A stretch of DNA of 64,000 nucleotides from an uncultured candidate division Zixibacteria bacterium (lineage in GTDB: Bacteria > Zixibacteria > MSB-5A5 > GN15 > FEB-12): contig CAVTJJ010000004.1 of assembly GCA_963735035.1 (NCBI GenBank), positions 256,001-320,000 on the forward strand, in the 5' to 3' direction. Made by a program: the position numbers and the translations under genes. Positions 9,526-20,442 of the stretch are shown here, piece after piece; the first letter of the stretch is position 1, and each line of letters opens with the position of its first letter. The notes beneath the pieces are model-generated. The model ran no database searches and was not told the origin of the DNA. It saw nothing but the letters and a program-made list of their open reading frames with translations.

Positions 9526-10998
9526 ATGGCCAGAAACAACTCATGGTTTGAAACCGACCAGATAATCAAGCCGAACCACGTTTGGATCGCGGTTCTGGTG
9601 CTGCTGTCGGTGGTGCTCGGGCCGATGTTGCTTCTGCCGTATCCGCTGAACCTGCTCCCGTTCGTGATCCTCGGCGGAACCGTGTTTCTCTACGCCGCTT
9701 TCCGACAGCCGTTTGTCGGGCTGTTCATCTACTTGTTCATCTTCTTCTTCCGGCCTTATGAGCAATTTCCGGTGCCGGTGCCGTACGAGAAGATTGTCGC
9801 CATTGTCGTGCTCGCCATTCTGGCCGTCCATCTGGTCGTAAATAAGGTGCACATAAAGTTCGACCGGATCGACTGGGCTGTGGCGAGCGTAGTCATTGCC
9901 GCCGCCGCGTCGGTGCCCAGCTTCACATACCTGGGCGACAATATGATGTCGTTCACCGCCTGGTTCGAGTTCTTCAAGATTTTCCTGGTCTATTTCTTTA
10001 CGCTTCAGATTGCCACCAGCAAAACCAAGCTGGAAGCGATCGTATGGCTCTTCGTTCTGGCGAACGTCTATCTTACGGGTACTACTACCTACAATTATCA
10101 CACCGGCCATTTCCGCATGAGTATGGGTATCGCCCGGGCGCGGGGCATCGCCGACGAAGGTCTGTTCTCGCATCCCAACTCGGTGGCCAACTCGGCCGTG
10201 CTGGGTCTGCCGTTTGCCTTCTATCTATTCTTGCACTACCGCAATCTGGCGGTTAAGATGTTCCTCTTGGGAGTTGTGATACTGAGCGCCTGGACAGTTG
10301 TGATCACGGGATCGCGCGGCGGCATGATGAGTTTGTTTGGTTTCGTGCTCATCACCGGCTGGAGAAGCAAATATCGAGCCGTCAGTCTGGCGGCGTCGGG
10401 TATCGCCATTCTGTTGGTCGTAGCGGTGATGCCGGAACAATATCGAGAGCGCCTCTTATCACTGTTGAATGTTTTCGGTCATGACGATACCGGAGCGGCC
10501 GAGTCGGCACAGGGTAGAGTCGAGGGAATTGTCGCCGGATGGAAGATGTTCTTAATGCGGCCTGTGACCGGCGTTGGAATAGGCGTGTTTGGCCGAGCCC
10601 ACTATCTCGTTGACGGAATAGGTCTCGAAGCTCATAGTCTGATCGGGCAGTTGTTAGGGGAAGTGGGACTGGTCGGAATGGCTGCCTTCTCCTGGTTTAT
10701 CGCGACTTCGTTCCGTCACCTCAAGAATATTGCGGTCGCGTACAGTTCACGCAACTGGCCGAGTGATTTCATTTCGGCCACCACCAGGGCGGTGCAAACA
10801 GCTCTCATACTGCTTCTCGTGCAAGGTCTCTCCGGACACAACCTCTTCCGCTATAACTGGTACATCTTCGTCTGCTTCGCCAGTATCATGGCGGTCATCG
10901 TCCAGAAGCGAATCGAGGATGAGGCAGCTCCACCTGGTATAAGTGCTATTCCCCCCGAGCAAGAAGCGCCTGAAGCGAGCCGCCTACCGCAGTTGTGA
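9526..10998 (+). CDS. O-antigen ligase family / Wzy-like polymerase
   Basis: About 12 TM segments; HPNS, TGSRGG, RPVTGVGIG, AHSLIGQLLGEVGLVG. Confidence 0.85.
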   Translation: MARNNSWFETDQIIKPNHVWIAVLVLLSVVLGPMLLLPYPLNLLPFVILGGTVFLYAAFRQPFVGLFIYLFIFFFRPYEQFPVPVPYEKIVAIVVLAILAVHLVVNKVHIKFDRIDWAVASVVIAAAASVPSFTYLGDNMMSFTAWFEFFKIFLVYFFTLQIATSKTKLEAIVWLFVLANVYLTGTTTYNYHTGHFRMSMGIARARGIADEGLFSHPNSVANSAVLGLPFAFYLFLHYRNLAVKMFLLGVVILSAWTVVITGSRGGMMSLFGFVLITGWRSKYRAVSLAASGIAILLVVAVMPEQYRERLLSLLNVFGHDDTGAAESAQGRVEGIVAGWKMFLMRPVTGVGIGVFGRAHYLVDGIGLEAHSLIGQLLGEVGLVGMAAFSWFIATSFRHLKNIAVAYSSRNWPSDFISATTRAVQTALILLLVQGLSGHNLFRYNWYIFVCFASIMAVIVQKRIEDEAAPPGISAIPPEQEAPEASRLPQL

Positions 10999-11247
10999 TT
11001 CCGTGTTTCCACTGCCGCAGAACTTGCCTTTATAATAAGCCTGAACGTGTATGACTGTTCACAAGCTGGAGAGGCCCCTGGGAGGAGTACTTTGGGCGAT
11101 GTGGTCTATTGAGTTAGGAAGTTGCAGGCGGGCCAAACGGGCCTCATCAGCTGTTCGGAAACTGAACAGCGCGACTGTCACTGAGCCGCAGCACGATATT
11201 ATGCCCTTGTCTTACAAGGCATTGCGAGTCCAATTCCGGTCTTGAGG

Positions 11248-11263
11248 CGGCACCCCATTTGCC
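11248..11263 (+). promoter_or_regulatory. Candidate sigma54 -24/-12 promoter
   Basis: CGGCAC-CCCAT-TTGCC (GG-N10-GC), about 160 bp upstream of the 1039-aa gene. Confidence 0.55.
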
Positions 11264-11423
11264 TCAAAGGACCCGGCAGCACTTAATTTTTTCTGTTTCT
11301 GAGGCTTATTTGCGCGTACAATGGTGGTCGGTCGAAAAGCGGGCTTGACGCCTTGAGAAACCTGCCGAAAATACTCCCCGTAGGACCGCGCTGAGAGATT
11401 TAGTTTGAATTGGAGGCTTTATC

Positions 11424-14400
11424 GTGATCCATAGCAGCAACCGCCCCACATGTATCGGTCGAATCGGAGTCGTTGTTATCGCCTTTGCCCTGGTGCAGGT
11501 GATAGCTGGCGGCGCCTTCGCCGTTACCCATAATATCTCTTCGTTGCCTTACACCTGTTCGACCAGTAACGACACCCTGACTGTGACGGCCGATTTATCT
11601 TCTACGGGAACGGCTCTTACCGTAGGCGGGTCGGGGATTCGCAATATCTACATCAAGGGCGCCGGACACACCATCACGTTTAATACCGGGAACACGGACG
11701 GAGTTATCGGTATCGCCATCAATCGCCCGCAGTTCATCACAATCGAAAATCTGACTCTGATTCAGTCGGGGACCGCACTCAGCAATCGAGGCATAAATGT
11801 CGGCGAAGGTGACAGTACCTTCTTGAACACTGTCAGCGTCCACGTCAAAGGTGACGACTCCAAGAACGTTTACTCCGACGGTACCCGCGACCTGCGGATT
11901 TCTTACGGCAACTACACGTCGTATGTGACCAACGGCACTCGCCGCGACCTGTTCTCAGCCGCTGCCATTATGCTCGACGATGCTTACGGTAACAACAACG
12001 ACTGGTCGGACCCCTCTACCTGGCGGTACTGGATTCGACATATCACGATTGACAGTTGTCCTCACGCCGGTATGTACTTGCGTGGCGGCCGGATTATCGC
12101 CGATTCGAACAATATTACTGTTGATGCTCAGTCGGACTACACCTACCCCTCCGGAAATATGTACTACGGTGTGGCGAACGCTTATGCTATCATAGCCGAC
12201 CGTGACGCCAAAGACTCAAGGATTATCGGCAACACGCTCCGCTCCGGCACGAATCACCTGGGCGGCCGCGGTATCCTGATTGAGAATTCTCAGGACGGCC
12301 GGTTCACCGGTACGGCGGGCTATACGCCTGTCGGCGACGGAATAGAGATCGCTTACAACAACATTAACGTGCATGCGGGACCCGATCCGTACTACGGCGG
12401 GTCATATCAGTCCGTAGGCCTGAGAATTAGAAATGACTTTGGCTTTGACAGTGTATATGTCCATCACAATACCATCTTTGTAGAGGCGGATACCGCGACA
12501 GCCACCAATCATACCGGTCCGAAAGCTGCCGGTATGTGGTTCTCCGGTCCTGGCGGGCAGACGTCGTGTGTAGGATGGCGCATCGAATACAACAACGTTA
12601 CGGCCCAGGGCAAGCCGGGGCTGTACGCGCGGGTGGCGTCCAGTGGCGACCCCGACAACTACGGGTCCTATGCGCGAGCGTTGATATTCGATCAGGATCT
12701 AAACGACGGTTCGAACAATACCCGACATAACCGTTTCATATCCAACGTTGTACCAATCACTTTTGGCGACGTCAACTCCTGGGGTGTTACCTCTGGTGAA
12801 CAATGGACCCTGTCGGCCGATACGATTGTGAGATCGACCCCGTCCTTTGCGGACAATTTCAACAACAACGGGGCGGTAGTGCTGAATCTCTACGGCGGCG
12901 ACGCCCTGGACAACGACATTGTCGACCCGGTATTTCAGGGTGACACTTCCGTGGTTCTGGCGGCAGGCGGCTCCGGCCCGGCAGAGTTGACCGCGCGGAG
13001 AACGGTCCATCTCACCGTCCTCGACAAGAACGGCCTGCCCGTGCAGGGCGCGACCGTCGGCTTGAGAGATGCTCGTGGCATCTACCAGGTCAATGGTATC
13101 ACCGACGCCAACGGTAAGCTGGTGGACACGGTCACTTTCAGATATTACCATTGGGGTGTCGGCTCCGACACGGCCTACAACCCGTTTGTCCAATTCGCCA
13201 AGTTCGGCGCCGATTCAGTCGGTGAATCCAAGTCATTTGGTCTGTCGACCAACGGCAACGATACGCTGCTTCTCAGCGGCAGTATCGGACACCTGGACAC
13301 GATCCCGCCGGGGATGGTCGGTGATCTGTCGGTGGCGCCGGCCGACGTTGCGGGCCATTTCACTTTCGGATGGACGTCTACCGGCGATGATGGCGCAACG
13401 GGCACGGCCTCGTATGACAGCGTCCGGTTTTCTACTTCGCCCCTGAGTGCTCCAACCTGGGCGAGTGCGACCAGGGTGCCACGAACGGTATCGCCAAAAG
13501 CGTCCGGCGTGGCCGACCAAATCGATGTATCCGAAACTGCCCCGGTCCCGGGGCAGTTTTACTATGTGGGAATCATGGCCTACGATGAAGTGGGTAGTGC
13601 GTCGCCGCTGGCGGTCGATTCCGGATTCGCCCGGGGCATCCTGACGCCTCAGATTGCCGCCGACCTGACCAACATGGATACGGTGGGGCGGCACATGACT
13701 TTCTACAGTTCGACTGTCCGATCTTATCTCAGCCCTTACTATGAATTCCAAAGTGACTCCGCGTCCGGCTTCCCGGCGCCCACGATACTCCAGGGCACCG
13801 TCCAGAGCGGTCATGCGACGGCCACATTCAACATGCCGACTACCTACAGTACGGTCTACGTCCGCTGTCGGGCCGTGGCAGGCGATCATTCACAGAACAG
13901 CGCCTGGTCGACCACACGCGCTTTTTCGATAACCGGCGGAGCCGTGAACGTTCCGCCCGATGTGCCGGTTGCCGTCAATCCGATATCCGGTGACACGGTC
14001 ACTTCGCTCACCGTGGCGCTTACAGTTGTCAACAGCGTTGATCTCGACCAGGACCCGGTGACCTATCAGTTTGAACTTTACGATGCCAATGGAACGACCC
14101 GTCTGGCGGCGTCCCCTGCAGTATCTGAGGGTGTGACGAGCACTTCCTGGACCGTGCCGGCGGGAATTATTCAGGACCGCGCGACTTATCGCTGGACGGC
14201 CAGAGTGTACGACGGCCAGAACTACTCGGACTGGATGAACAAAGTCAGGTTTACGGTCTTGAAGTTGTCGAGCGATGTCGGCTTGCCGAGCGGGGTCGCT
14301 CGCGCTTATCCGAATCCGGTGAGTTTTGGAGATGGCTCCGAGGCGACATTTGTGCTGGGTGATCAACCAACCGACCTGACTATTATGACAGTCTCCGGTG

Positions 14401-14543
14401 ATATTATCCTTCGCCGCGAGAACGTCTCAGGGGATTATCGCTGGAACGGACTGAACCAGTCGGGCGAACGGGTGTCGGTCGGGCTGTATCTCTGGTTTCT
14501 CTCGAACGGCAGCGAGGGGAAACTGATGGTCAAGCCGAATTAA
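11424..14543 (+). CDS. Large secreted protein: parallel beta-helix, Ig/FN3-like modules and FlgD/T9SS-like C-terminal domain
   Basis: Signal peptide; repeated I.YNN./I.GN/VHHN turns; DTIPPG..DL..W..TGDDG FN3-like module; AYPNP...WNGLNQSGERVSVGLY C-terminus. Confidence 0.75.
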   Translation: MIHSSNRPTCIGRIGVVVIAFALVQVIAGGAFAVTHNISSLPYTCSTSNDTLTVTADLSSTGTALTVGGSGIRNIYIKGAGHTITFNTGNTDGVIGIAINRPQFITIENLTLIQSGTALSNRGINVGEGDSTFLNTVSVHVKGDDSKNVYSDGTRDLRISYGNYTSYVTNGTRRDLFSAAAIMLDDAYGNNNDWSDPSTWRYWIRHITIDSCPHAGMYLRGGRIIADSNNITVDAQSDYTYPSGNMYYGVANAYAIIADRDAKDSRIIGNTLRSGTNHLGGRGILIENSQDGRFTGTAGYTPVGDGIEIAYNNINVHAGPDPYYGGSYQSVGLRIRNDFGFDSVYVHHNTIFVEADTATATNHTGPKAAGMWFSGPGGQTSCVGWRIEYNNVTAQGKPGLYARVASSGDPDNYGSYARALIFDQDLNDGSNNTRHNRFISNVVPITFGDVNSWGVTSGEQWTLSADTIVRSTPSFADNFNNNGAVVLNLYGGDALDNDIVDPVFQGDTSVVLAAGGSGPAELTARRTVHLTVLDKNGLPVQGATVGLRDARGIYQVNGITDANGKLVDTVTFRYYHWGVGSDTAYNPFVQFAKFGADSVGESKSFGLSTNGNDTLLLSGSIGHLDTIPPGMVGDLSVAPADVAGHFTFGWTSTGDDGATGTASYDSVRFSTSPLSAPTWASATRVPRTVSPKASGVADQIDVSETAPVPGQFYYVGIMAYDEVGSASPLAVDSGFARGILTPQIAADLTNMDTVGRHMTFYSSTVRSYLSPYYEFQSDSASGFPAPTILQGTVQSGHATATFNMPTTYSTVYVRCRAVAGDHSQNSAWSTTRAFSITGGAVNVPPDVPVAVNPISGDTVTSLTVALTVVNSVDLDQDPVTYQFELYDANGTTRLAASPAVSEGVTSTSWTVPAGIIQDRATYRWTARVYDGQNYSDWMNKVRFTVLKLSSDVGLPSGVARAYPNPVSFGDGSEATFVLGDQPTDLTIMTVSGDIILRRENVSGDYRWNGLNQSGERVSVGLYLWFLSNGSEGKLMVKPN

Positions 14544-14597
14544 GCACCGCATTATTCAAGACTCAAAATGGGGAATCGTTCTGCTGCGGATTCTGTT

Positions 14598-14800
14598 AGC
14601 GGCAGATGTGGACATCTGCCGGGCACGGTTATGATCGGGGAGTAGTGGCAGATGTGGGCTCGCCGCGGCGGGCCGGGCACATTACCAACTGTCTTGCCCC
14701 GCTTCAGGCGGGGCATCCAGGGCGACAAGTCCCACCCGTAGGGTGGGGTACCGAAGAGTGTTGTACAAGCCGGCATATGTGGGCATCTGCCGGGCACGGT
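14598..14800. repeat. REP cluster (inverted counterpart of 5931-6272)
   Basis: CGGCAGATGTGGACATCTGCCGGGCAC twice plus GCCCCGCTTCAGGCGGGGC and CCCACCCGTAGGGTGGG. Confidence 0.85.
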
Positions 14801-14849
14801 TTCAACCTGAACGTTCGGGGAGTCGCGGTACACCGCAGGACGGAGTGGT

Positions 14850-16046
14850 CTAGTCGAAACGCACCGACCGACGCGGCGCTTTAGCAATCAGCGTGAAGAA
14901 CTCTTCTGCCTCAAGCAGTCTCTTCTGGGGAGAAAATTGATCTTCCACTCGCTCACGCCCAGCCTGACCCATCTTCTGCCGCAGATCAGGGTTATTTAGT
15001 AATTCCAACACTCGGGCGGCCATGCCGACTATCTCACCTTCCGGAACGAGATATCCGGTCACCCCGTCTTCCACCACCTCAGGATTTCCCCCCGTATTGA
15101 ACGCGACTATGGGCAAACGATTGAATGAATACTCAACCAGCGTGTTGGACAGACCTTCCGATTCCGACGTCAGCACCCCAACGTTACTCAACCGCAAGTA
15201 CGGGCCGACATCGGGCACCGACCCGGCGAAAACTATCTTTCCCGCAAGACCCAATCGAGTTGACTGCTCGCTTAGTTGATCCCGAAGTTCACCTTCGCCA
15301 AGTATCAGATAGTGGGTATCAGAATGTTGGCGGGCGACAGATGCCGCCATGTCTATGAACCGATCGACCCGTTTCACCGGCCGAAGATTGGCTACAATCG
15401 TCACTACCGGTACATTCTCCGGAATGCCGAGCTGTGCGCGTGTTACAACCGCAGAGGTAGTTGCGTCAGGTCCTGCCCCCGACTCGGTCGGGGGCAAGAC
15501 CTGACGTCCCGACACCTCAGTCATTTTGACGGCCAGCATATTGTATATCACCTTGATCCGCTCTCGGGGGAAAGACTCAGCTTCGGCAACCATGTTTTTG
15601 ATGGCTCCAGCGTTCACCAGAAAGTAGTCGACCAGCTTGTTGACCAGCCGCATCGATTTCAGCAGACCGGGGGTGTACCAGTAGCCCATGTCACGACGGT
15701 TGACCACACAGCGGGTTCTCCCGGCCAGCCAGGCGGCCGGGGGTACGAACAGTTGGCTATCGACAAAATAGAGCATGGCGATATCGATCTGCTCCCGCCT
15801 GAGAGTCCGAACGAGTCGCCAGAACACTCCCAATGAGCCAAGACTGCGTAATCGTCCCAGGTGGAGGCATTCGCACTTCGATGATAGCCGCGACCTGACC
15901 GCTTCCGGTACCGGTTGACGCAATGTGAACAGATACGTTTCGAATCGTTCCGGGTCGAGTCTCGCCAGCAGGTCGAGAACCTGGTTTTCGGTACCGGCGC
16001 CCGCCTTGATGGCATCGATGAAAAAGGCAATGCGAAGCTTGTTCAT
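14850..16046 (-). CDS. Glycosyltransferase family 4
   Basis: AGTE, NRRDMG, VANLRPVK, SEGLSNTLVE, GGNPEVVEDGVTG; start at ATG 16046. Confidence 0.9.
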   Translation of the reverse strand: MNKLRIAFFIDAIKAGAGTENQVLDLLARLDPERFETYLFTLRQPVPEAVRSRLSSKCECLHLGRLRSLGSLGVFWRLVRTLRREQIDIAMLYFVDSQLFVPPAAWLAGRTRCVVNRRDMGYWYTPGLLKSMRLVNKLVDYFLVNAGAIKNMVAEAESFPRERIKVIYNMLAVKMTEVSGRQVLPPTESGAGPDATTSAVVTRAQLGIPENVPVVTIVANLRPVKRVDRFIDMAASVARQHSDTHYLILGEGELRDQLSEQSTRLGLAGKIVFAGSVPDVGPYLRLSNVGVLTSESEGLSNTLVEYSFNRLPIVAFNTGGNPEVVEDGVTGYLVPEGEIVGMAARVLELLNNPDLRQKMGQAGRERVEDQFSPQKRLLEAEEFFTLIAKAPRRSVRFD

Positions 16047-16103
16047 GGTTATATCACTTTTTCGACGCACCGCTTGTGGCGATGTGACGATCATAAATCT
16101 CGG

Positions 16104-17180
16104 TCAAGCCGTGTCACCTGCGCCGGGAAACAGTACCGATCTCTTGACTAGTTCTTGCCCGGCCGCGCCACACCGGGCGTGGAAATCCGGAATCTGCAGC
16201 GCTTTCTCAATCACAGCGGCAATGGCCTCGACCGACGTCTCCTGCGCGAGATAGCCGGTGACGCCGCTCTCGATCAACTCAGGCAATCGTCCCACAGGTG
16301 TGGCTACTACCGGCGTTCCCTGAGCCCAGGCTTCGAGGAGAACCAGGGGAAAAGCCTCGGAGCGCGAAGGTATTACCAGAAACTCGGCCTGCCCATAAGC
16401 GGGGCGAAGGTCTGCGGCGAATCCTTCTAATCTGACACAATCACCGAGGCTCAAGGAATCGATCAGACTCTCCAGCGCTTGTCGTTCCGGACCTTCCCCG
16501 AAAATTCTCATATCGAACGACACGCCGCGACCCTTGATCAACTTGGCGGCTCGGATCAGAAGATCATTCCCTTTCTCATAGCTGAGTCTTCCAGCGGCGA
16601 CAATCAGTTTGCGGCCGTGCTGTGGTGCGAAAGACTCCGAGGACACTCGCTCGAACGCCTCTGGTGCTACCGCATTGATTACGACTTCGATCTTCTGCTT
16701 ATCAACCCCCATGGTGGCGAGAAGTTCTTTGGTCTGCTCAGCCACCGTCAGGACAGACCGGCAGCGGCGCATGACGGCTCGATCGATCGCGTTGTAGAGC
16801 CGCACTTTCAATCCTTCGGCGGTGAAGCCGTGGAAATGTACGATGTGCGGCACACCGGTCGCCCTGGCCGCGAAATAGCCGTATAGATTCGATTTGAATT
16901 CGTGAGTGACGATCAGTCGGGGCTTTCGTTCTCTGATCAATTTCTTCAATTGCGAGATCGTCCGCAGATCACCCGGCCCGAACTCGTCGAGCTCAACGCA
17001 GGGAAGGTTCTCGCCACGAAGATGCTCGGCAAAGGCATTTGATTGCCCACGGCGACGGTAGGTGACTGGAAGACATTCGTATTTCGATAGGAATCGAACT
17101 TGTCCGAGGATGAGCCGTTCCGGGCTGCCCCAGATATTGGCTTCCCGCACATGAAGGATCAGCTCACGGTTGGTGCTCAA
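16104..17180 (-). CDS. Glycosyltransferase family 4 (C-terminus probably frameshifted)
   Basis: GSPE, HFHGFT, GRLSYEKG, SRSEAFPLVLLEA; TTG start 17180 preceded by GGAGG. Confidence 0.85.
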   Translation of the reverse strand: MSTNRELILHVREANIWGSPERLILGQVRFLSKYECLPVTYRRRGQSNAFAEHLRGENLPCVELDEFGPGDLRTISQLKKLIRERKPRLIVTHEFKSNLYGYFAARATGVPHIVHFHGFTAEGLKVRLYNAIDRAVMRRCRSVLTVAEQTKELLATMGVDKQKIEVVINAVAPEAFERVSSESFAPQHGRKLIVAAGRLSYEKGNDLLIRAAKLIKGRGVSFDMRIFGEGPERQALESLIDSLSLGDCVRLEGFAADLRPAYGQAEFLVIPSRSEAFPLVLLEAWAQGTPVVATPVGRLPELIESGVTGYLAQETSVEAIAAVIEKALQIPDFHARCGAAGQELVKRSVLFPGAGDTA

Positions 17181-17211
17181 GCAACCTCCTGAGTACACGG
17201 GCGATCCGACG

Positions 17212-17591
17212 TGATCGGTACGGCATCGATACGAGTCGGCAGATGTGGGCATCTGCCGGGCACGGTGATGTCACGTTGGTTTCTGCCGGGTACGGTTACG
17301 CTTCGTGGGCGGCAGACGTCCTCGTCTGCCCCATCGCGTAATGTGGGCGGCTGAGCCTGCCCCCGACTTGATCGGGGGTCCTCGTCTGCCCCATCGCGTA
17401 ATGTGGGCGGCTGAGCCTGCCCCCGACTTGATCGGGGGGCCTCGTCTGCCCCAACAAGATCTTGCCGGTAATCCGCCTTGATCGGTACGGCATCGATACG
17501 AGTCGGCAGATGTGGGCATCTGCCGGGCACGGTGACGTCATGCTGGTTTCCGCAGGGCACGGCTCTGTGGCGTGGGCATCTGCCGGGCACC
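17212..17591. repeat. REP mosaic with 60-bp tandem repeat and ~57-bp direct repeats
   Basis: 60-nt period at about 17318-17453; TGATCGGTACGGCATCGATACGAGTCGGCAGATGTGGGCATCTGCCGGGCACGGTGA at about 17212 and 17479. Confidence 0.85.
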
Positions 17592-17627
17592 ATTAAGTAG
17601 CGTCTATCTATCCTATGCGAGGTATCA

Positions 17628-18822
17628 TCAATTGACAAATTCACGCAGGAATTTCTCCAACCGGTCGGCCAGTTTGTCCCAGCCGTATTGTTCTTCGACC
17701 AGTTTTCGCCCACGCTCGCCCAATTCGCGGCGCAGGGCGACATCACGAAGAAGCATATCGACTTTCTCAGCAAATTCATCGGCCGTATCGGCCAGCATGA
17801 TATCGGCCCCGTCAGTGACATTCAGCCCTTCGGCGCCGACCGAAGTCGACACGATCGCCTTCTTCATGGCAAGCGCTTCCAGAATCTTCAACCGTGTCCC
17901 GCCGCCGATACGCAACGGCACAACGTAGACCGCCGCAGAATCGACATACGGCCGAACGTCTTCCACTCGTCCGGCTATGTGCACGCCGGGGAGTGAATCG
18001 AGCTTTTGAATGTGCGGCGGCGGAGCCTGGCCGACCACGACGAGGGATACATCGGGGCGGCGATCACGAAGCAAGGGAAGTACTTCCTCGACAAACCAGG
18101 TGACCGCGTCTTGGTTCGGTCGCCAGTGCATCGCGCCGACAAACACCAGCGACTCACGATCCGGTTCATCAGGCGAGGGGGTGAAGAATTTGAGATCGAC
18201 GCCGTTGGCGACCGTTTCCACTTGTAGACTTGGGGTTGATGGCGCGAATTTCTGCTGCTTCGCTGTCGGATACCGCAATCGCCCCCTCGACCAGACGAAA
18301 CGTCTTTCTTTCAAACGTAGCTACTTTGGGCGCCTGACGACCGATATACCACTTCTTGTAAGGCGACGTCTCATGCTCGTAATAGCGCCGCCAGATGTGA
18401 TGCTCGATATTGTGTGCGACCACAACTCGGGGAATTTCTTGTGTATTCTTCACGAACGCCGCGTAGGGTGTCCATTCGCACAGAATCAAGTCCGGGTGCA
18501 GGTTTCCGACCGCTTCATTGAAAGCGTTCTGGAATACGGCTGAATAGTGACGGGCGACAATGTACGGATACGGCGAAAACAGGTTAGCCGCCAGGCGAAG
18601 ATAGAATGACAGGCCCGATTGCGGTGGCAGGTCGGCCGGAACGGCAATCGGGTTCATCCGGGCCTTGTTAAGAGCGTTGAACCCCTCCGACCCGATTTGT
18701 CCGTAAGACAGATAGTAGAGTTCGTGGCGGGCAGCCAGGCGGCTGAGCAGGTTGAAACTGCGTATCCGCTTCCCCGAATCCAGCGGGTAAGGAAACTCTT
18801 CGTCGATTACCAGTATCCGCAT
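17628..18822 (-). pseudogene. GT4 glycosyltransferase (PEP-CTERM-locus-type sugar transferase) split by a +1 frameshift, probably a sequence error
   Basis: N-half PYPLDSGKRIR/AHNIE; C-half NGVD/FVGAMHWRPN/GGGTRLKILEA; removing one base at GGGG 18232-18235 joins them (INPSLQVETVANGVD). Confidence 0.8.
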
Positions 18823-18927
18823 CGCACTATCCGGCCGAGGCCACGTCCTTGTGTTCAAATCAATGTTCGACCCGGAACAATCAGACAGATAACCGGCCCA
18901 GTACTCTTGTGGCGGGTGAGGCGCCGG

Positions 18928-20282
18928 TCATAATAATCTTACCGGTTGAGCGTCTGCTCCGTTACCCGAATCACCAGGGGGAACGATATCGCTGTTTTGC
19001 GCGCCGCCCGAACCTAAATCGTTCACTTTACCTGGCGGTGTCAGATCAACTTCGGCCGCCACGACCACCTTGGCAAAATAGACGCTGCTATTGGTGCTGC
19101 CACACGACCAGAACACCGGGATGTAATCCGCCGAACTCGGCACGTGGAAACAGGTGTTGGCGTCGCGGTTGTAGGTGTTATTGGCGTCGGTGGATATCAA
19201 TGTGGCAGCGCTCCAGCTCCGATCAGTCTGCGACCACTTGCGATAATAGATCATAGAGCTCGACTGCGTTGTCGTTCGATTTGCGGCTGTAGAAGAGATA
19301 CAAGTCGCTCCCGTGGACGGTCGAAATAGGGTACCACTCGTTGTCGGCCGTGAAATTTGAACTCTCGACCGTGCTCACGTTCCAGGTTCCCGTTGCCGCC
19401 GTTGTAATTCTTCCATACGTGGATCAGGTCGTTACCGCTTCCGAAAATAAGGTGCATCGTGGTATCGTTGATCACGTTGTGGGTGAAGGCTCGCGAGTAC
19501 CCCATGTTGGCAGCGTAGATCGAATGGTCGTTCGGTGCAACAAATGCAGTGCCGTTCCAGAGATAGTATTCGAAGCCTCGAGTATCCTGTAGATGCTCCA
19601 CTATCAAGGCCGGTCGACCGCCGACAAAAGGCATTGAGCCGATCCGGACATCGTTCGCTCCGGTAGACCAGGCCGTGCCGCTTGTCCAACTCGTGCCACC
19701 GTTGGTGGACGTAAAGTACTTCACGTTTTCGGCCGGGACATCGGCGCGACGCGTGAATATCCAGATCCGTCCGTCTGGCTCCAGCATAATGTTGGAGCGA
19801 TGCAGCGAACTCGTTCCGGGGAGCGCCACCAGCGGACCGGCGTCGTTTTCGCTGTGCGCGGGGGCGTTGAAGCGGCGGAAATTGATCCCGTCGGCGCGTG
19901 GAAACGTGAAATTCAGATCGCCATTCTGGCCAAACAGCGAGAGGTGATAGTCAAGGTAGCCGTCGATATTGATCGTGTTCGTGCTCCAGGACGTTCCGGA
20001 GTTTGTCGAATAGAGCAGATTGTTGGAATTGCCGCCGTCGTTGGCGAGGCTTATCCAGCAGTTGGCCGGTGCCGTCTCCTGCATGTAGGCTTTCCAGCGC
20101 GGGATGCCCAGGACCGGGGCTTCCGACCCCGATGTCGCTATCAAAACCGGTTTGGTCACCGTATCCGCCAGAGTCGATCCGGTCATCACCGCGAGTTGTG
20201 TCACCAGAAGAATCTGAAACAGCCGTTTTCGTCCTGGTATCAACCTTTGCATCTGCCTGAATTGTCTGATCACGGTTAGCAT
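18928..20282 (-). pseudogene. Secreted BNR/Asp-box beta-propeller protein (paralog of 25259..27157) with two +1 frameshifts
   Basis: STNSGTSW and STNGGTSW Asp-boxes; colinear with 25259..27157 once single bases near 19389 and 19265 are removed. Confidence 0.8.
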
Positions 20283-20442
20283 ATCCAGATTAGACTTTCG
20301 TTACTTAAGCTCCGACGTCCCCGTCAGTTAGCTCCAGCGCGTCCTGGCTTCACTATTAATATAACCTGCACCCATACAGGCTTACAAGACAATAGTACAT
20401 TGGTTCTCAGTATCCCGGAGTCTGTACTAACAGTACGCAGTC

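Noticed and set aside
17318..17453. 60-bp tandem repeat as a CRISPR array
   Set aside because: Units are identical with no unique spacers, are built from REP hairpins, and no cas genes are present
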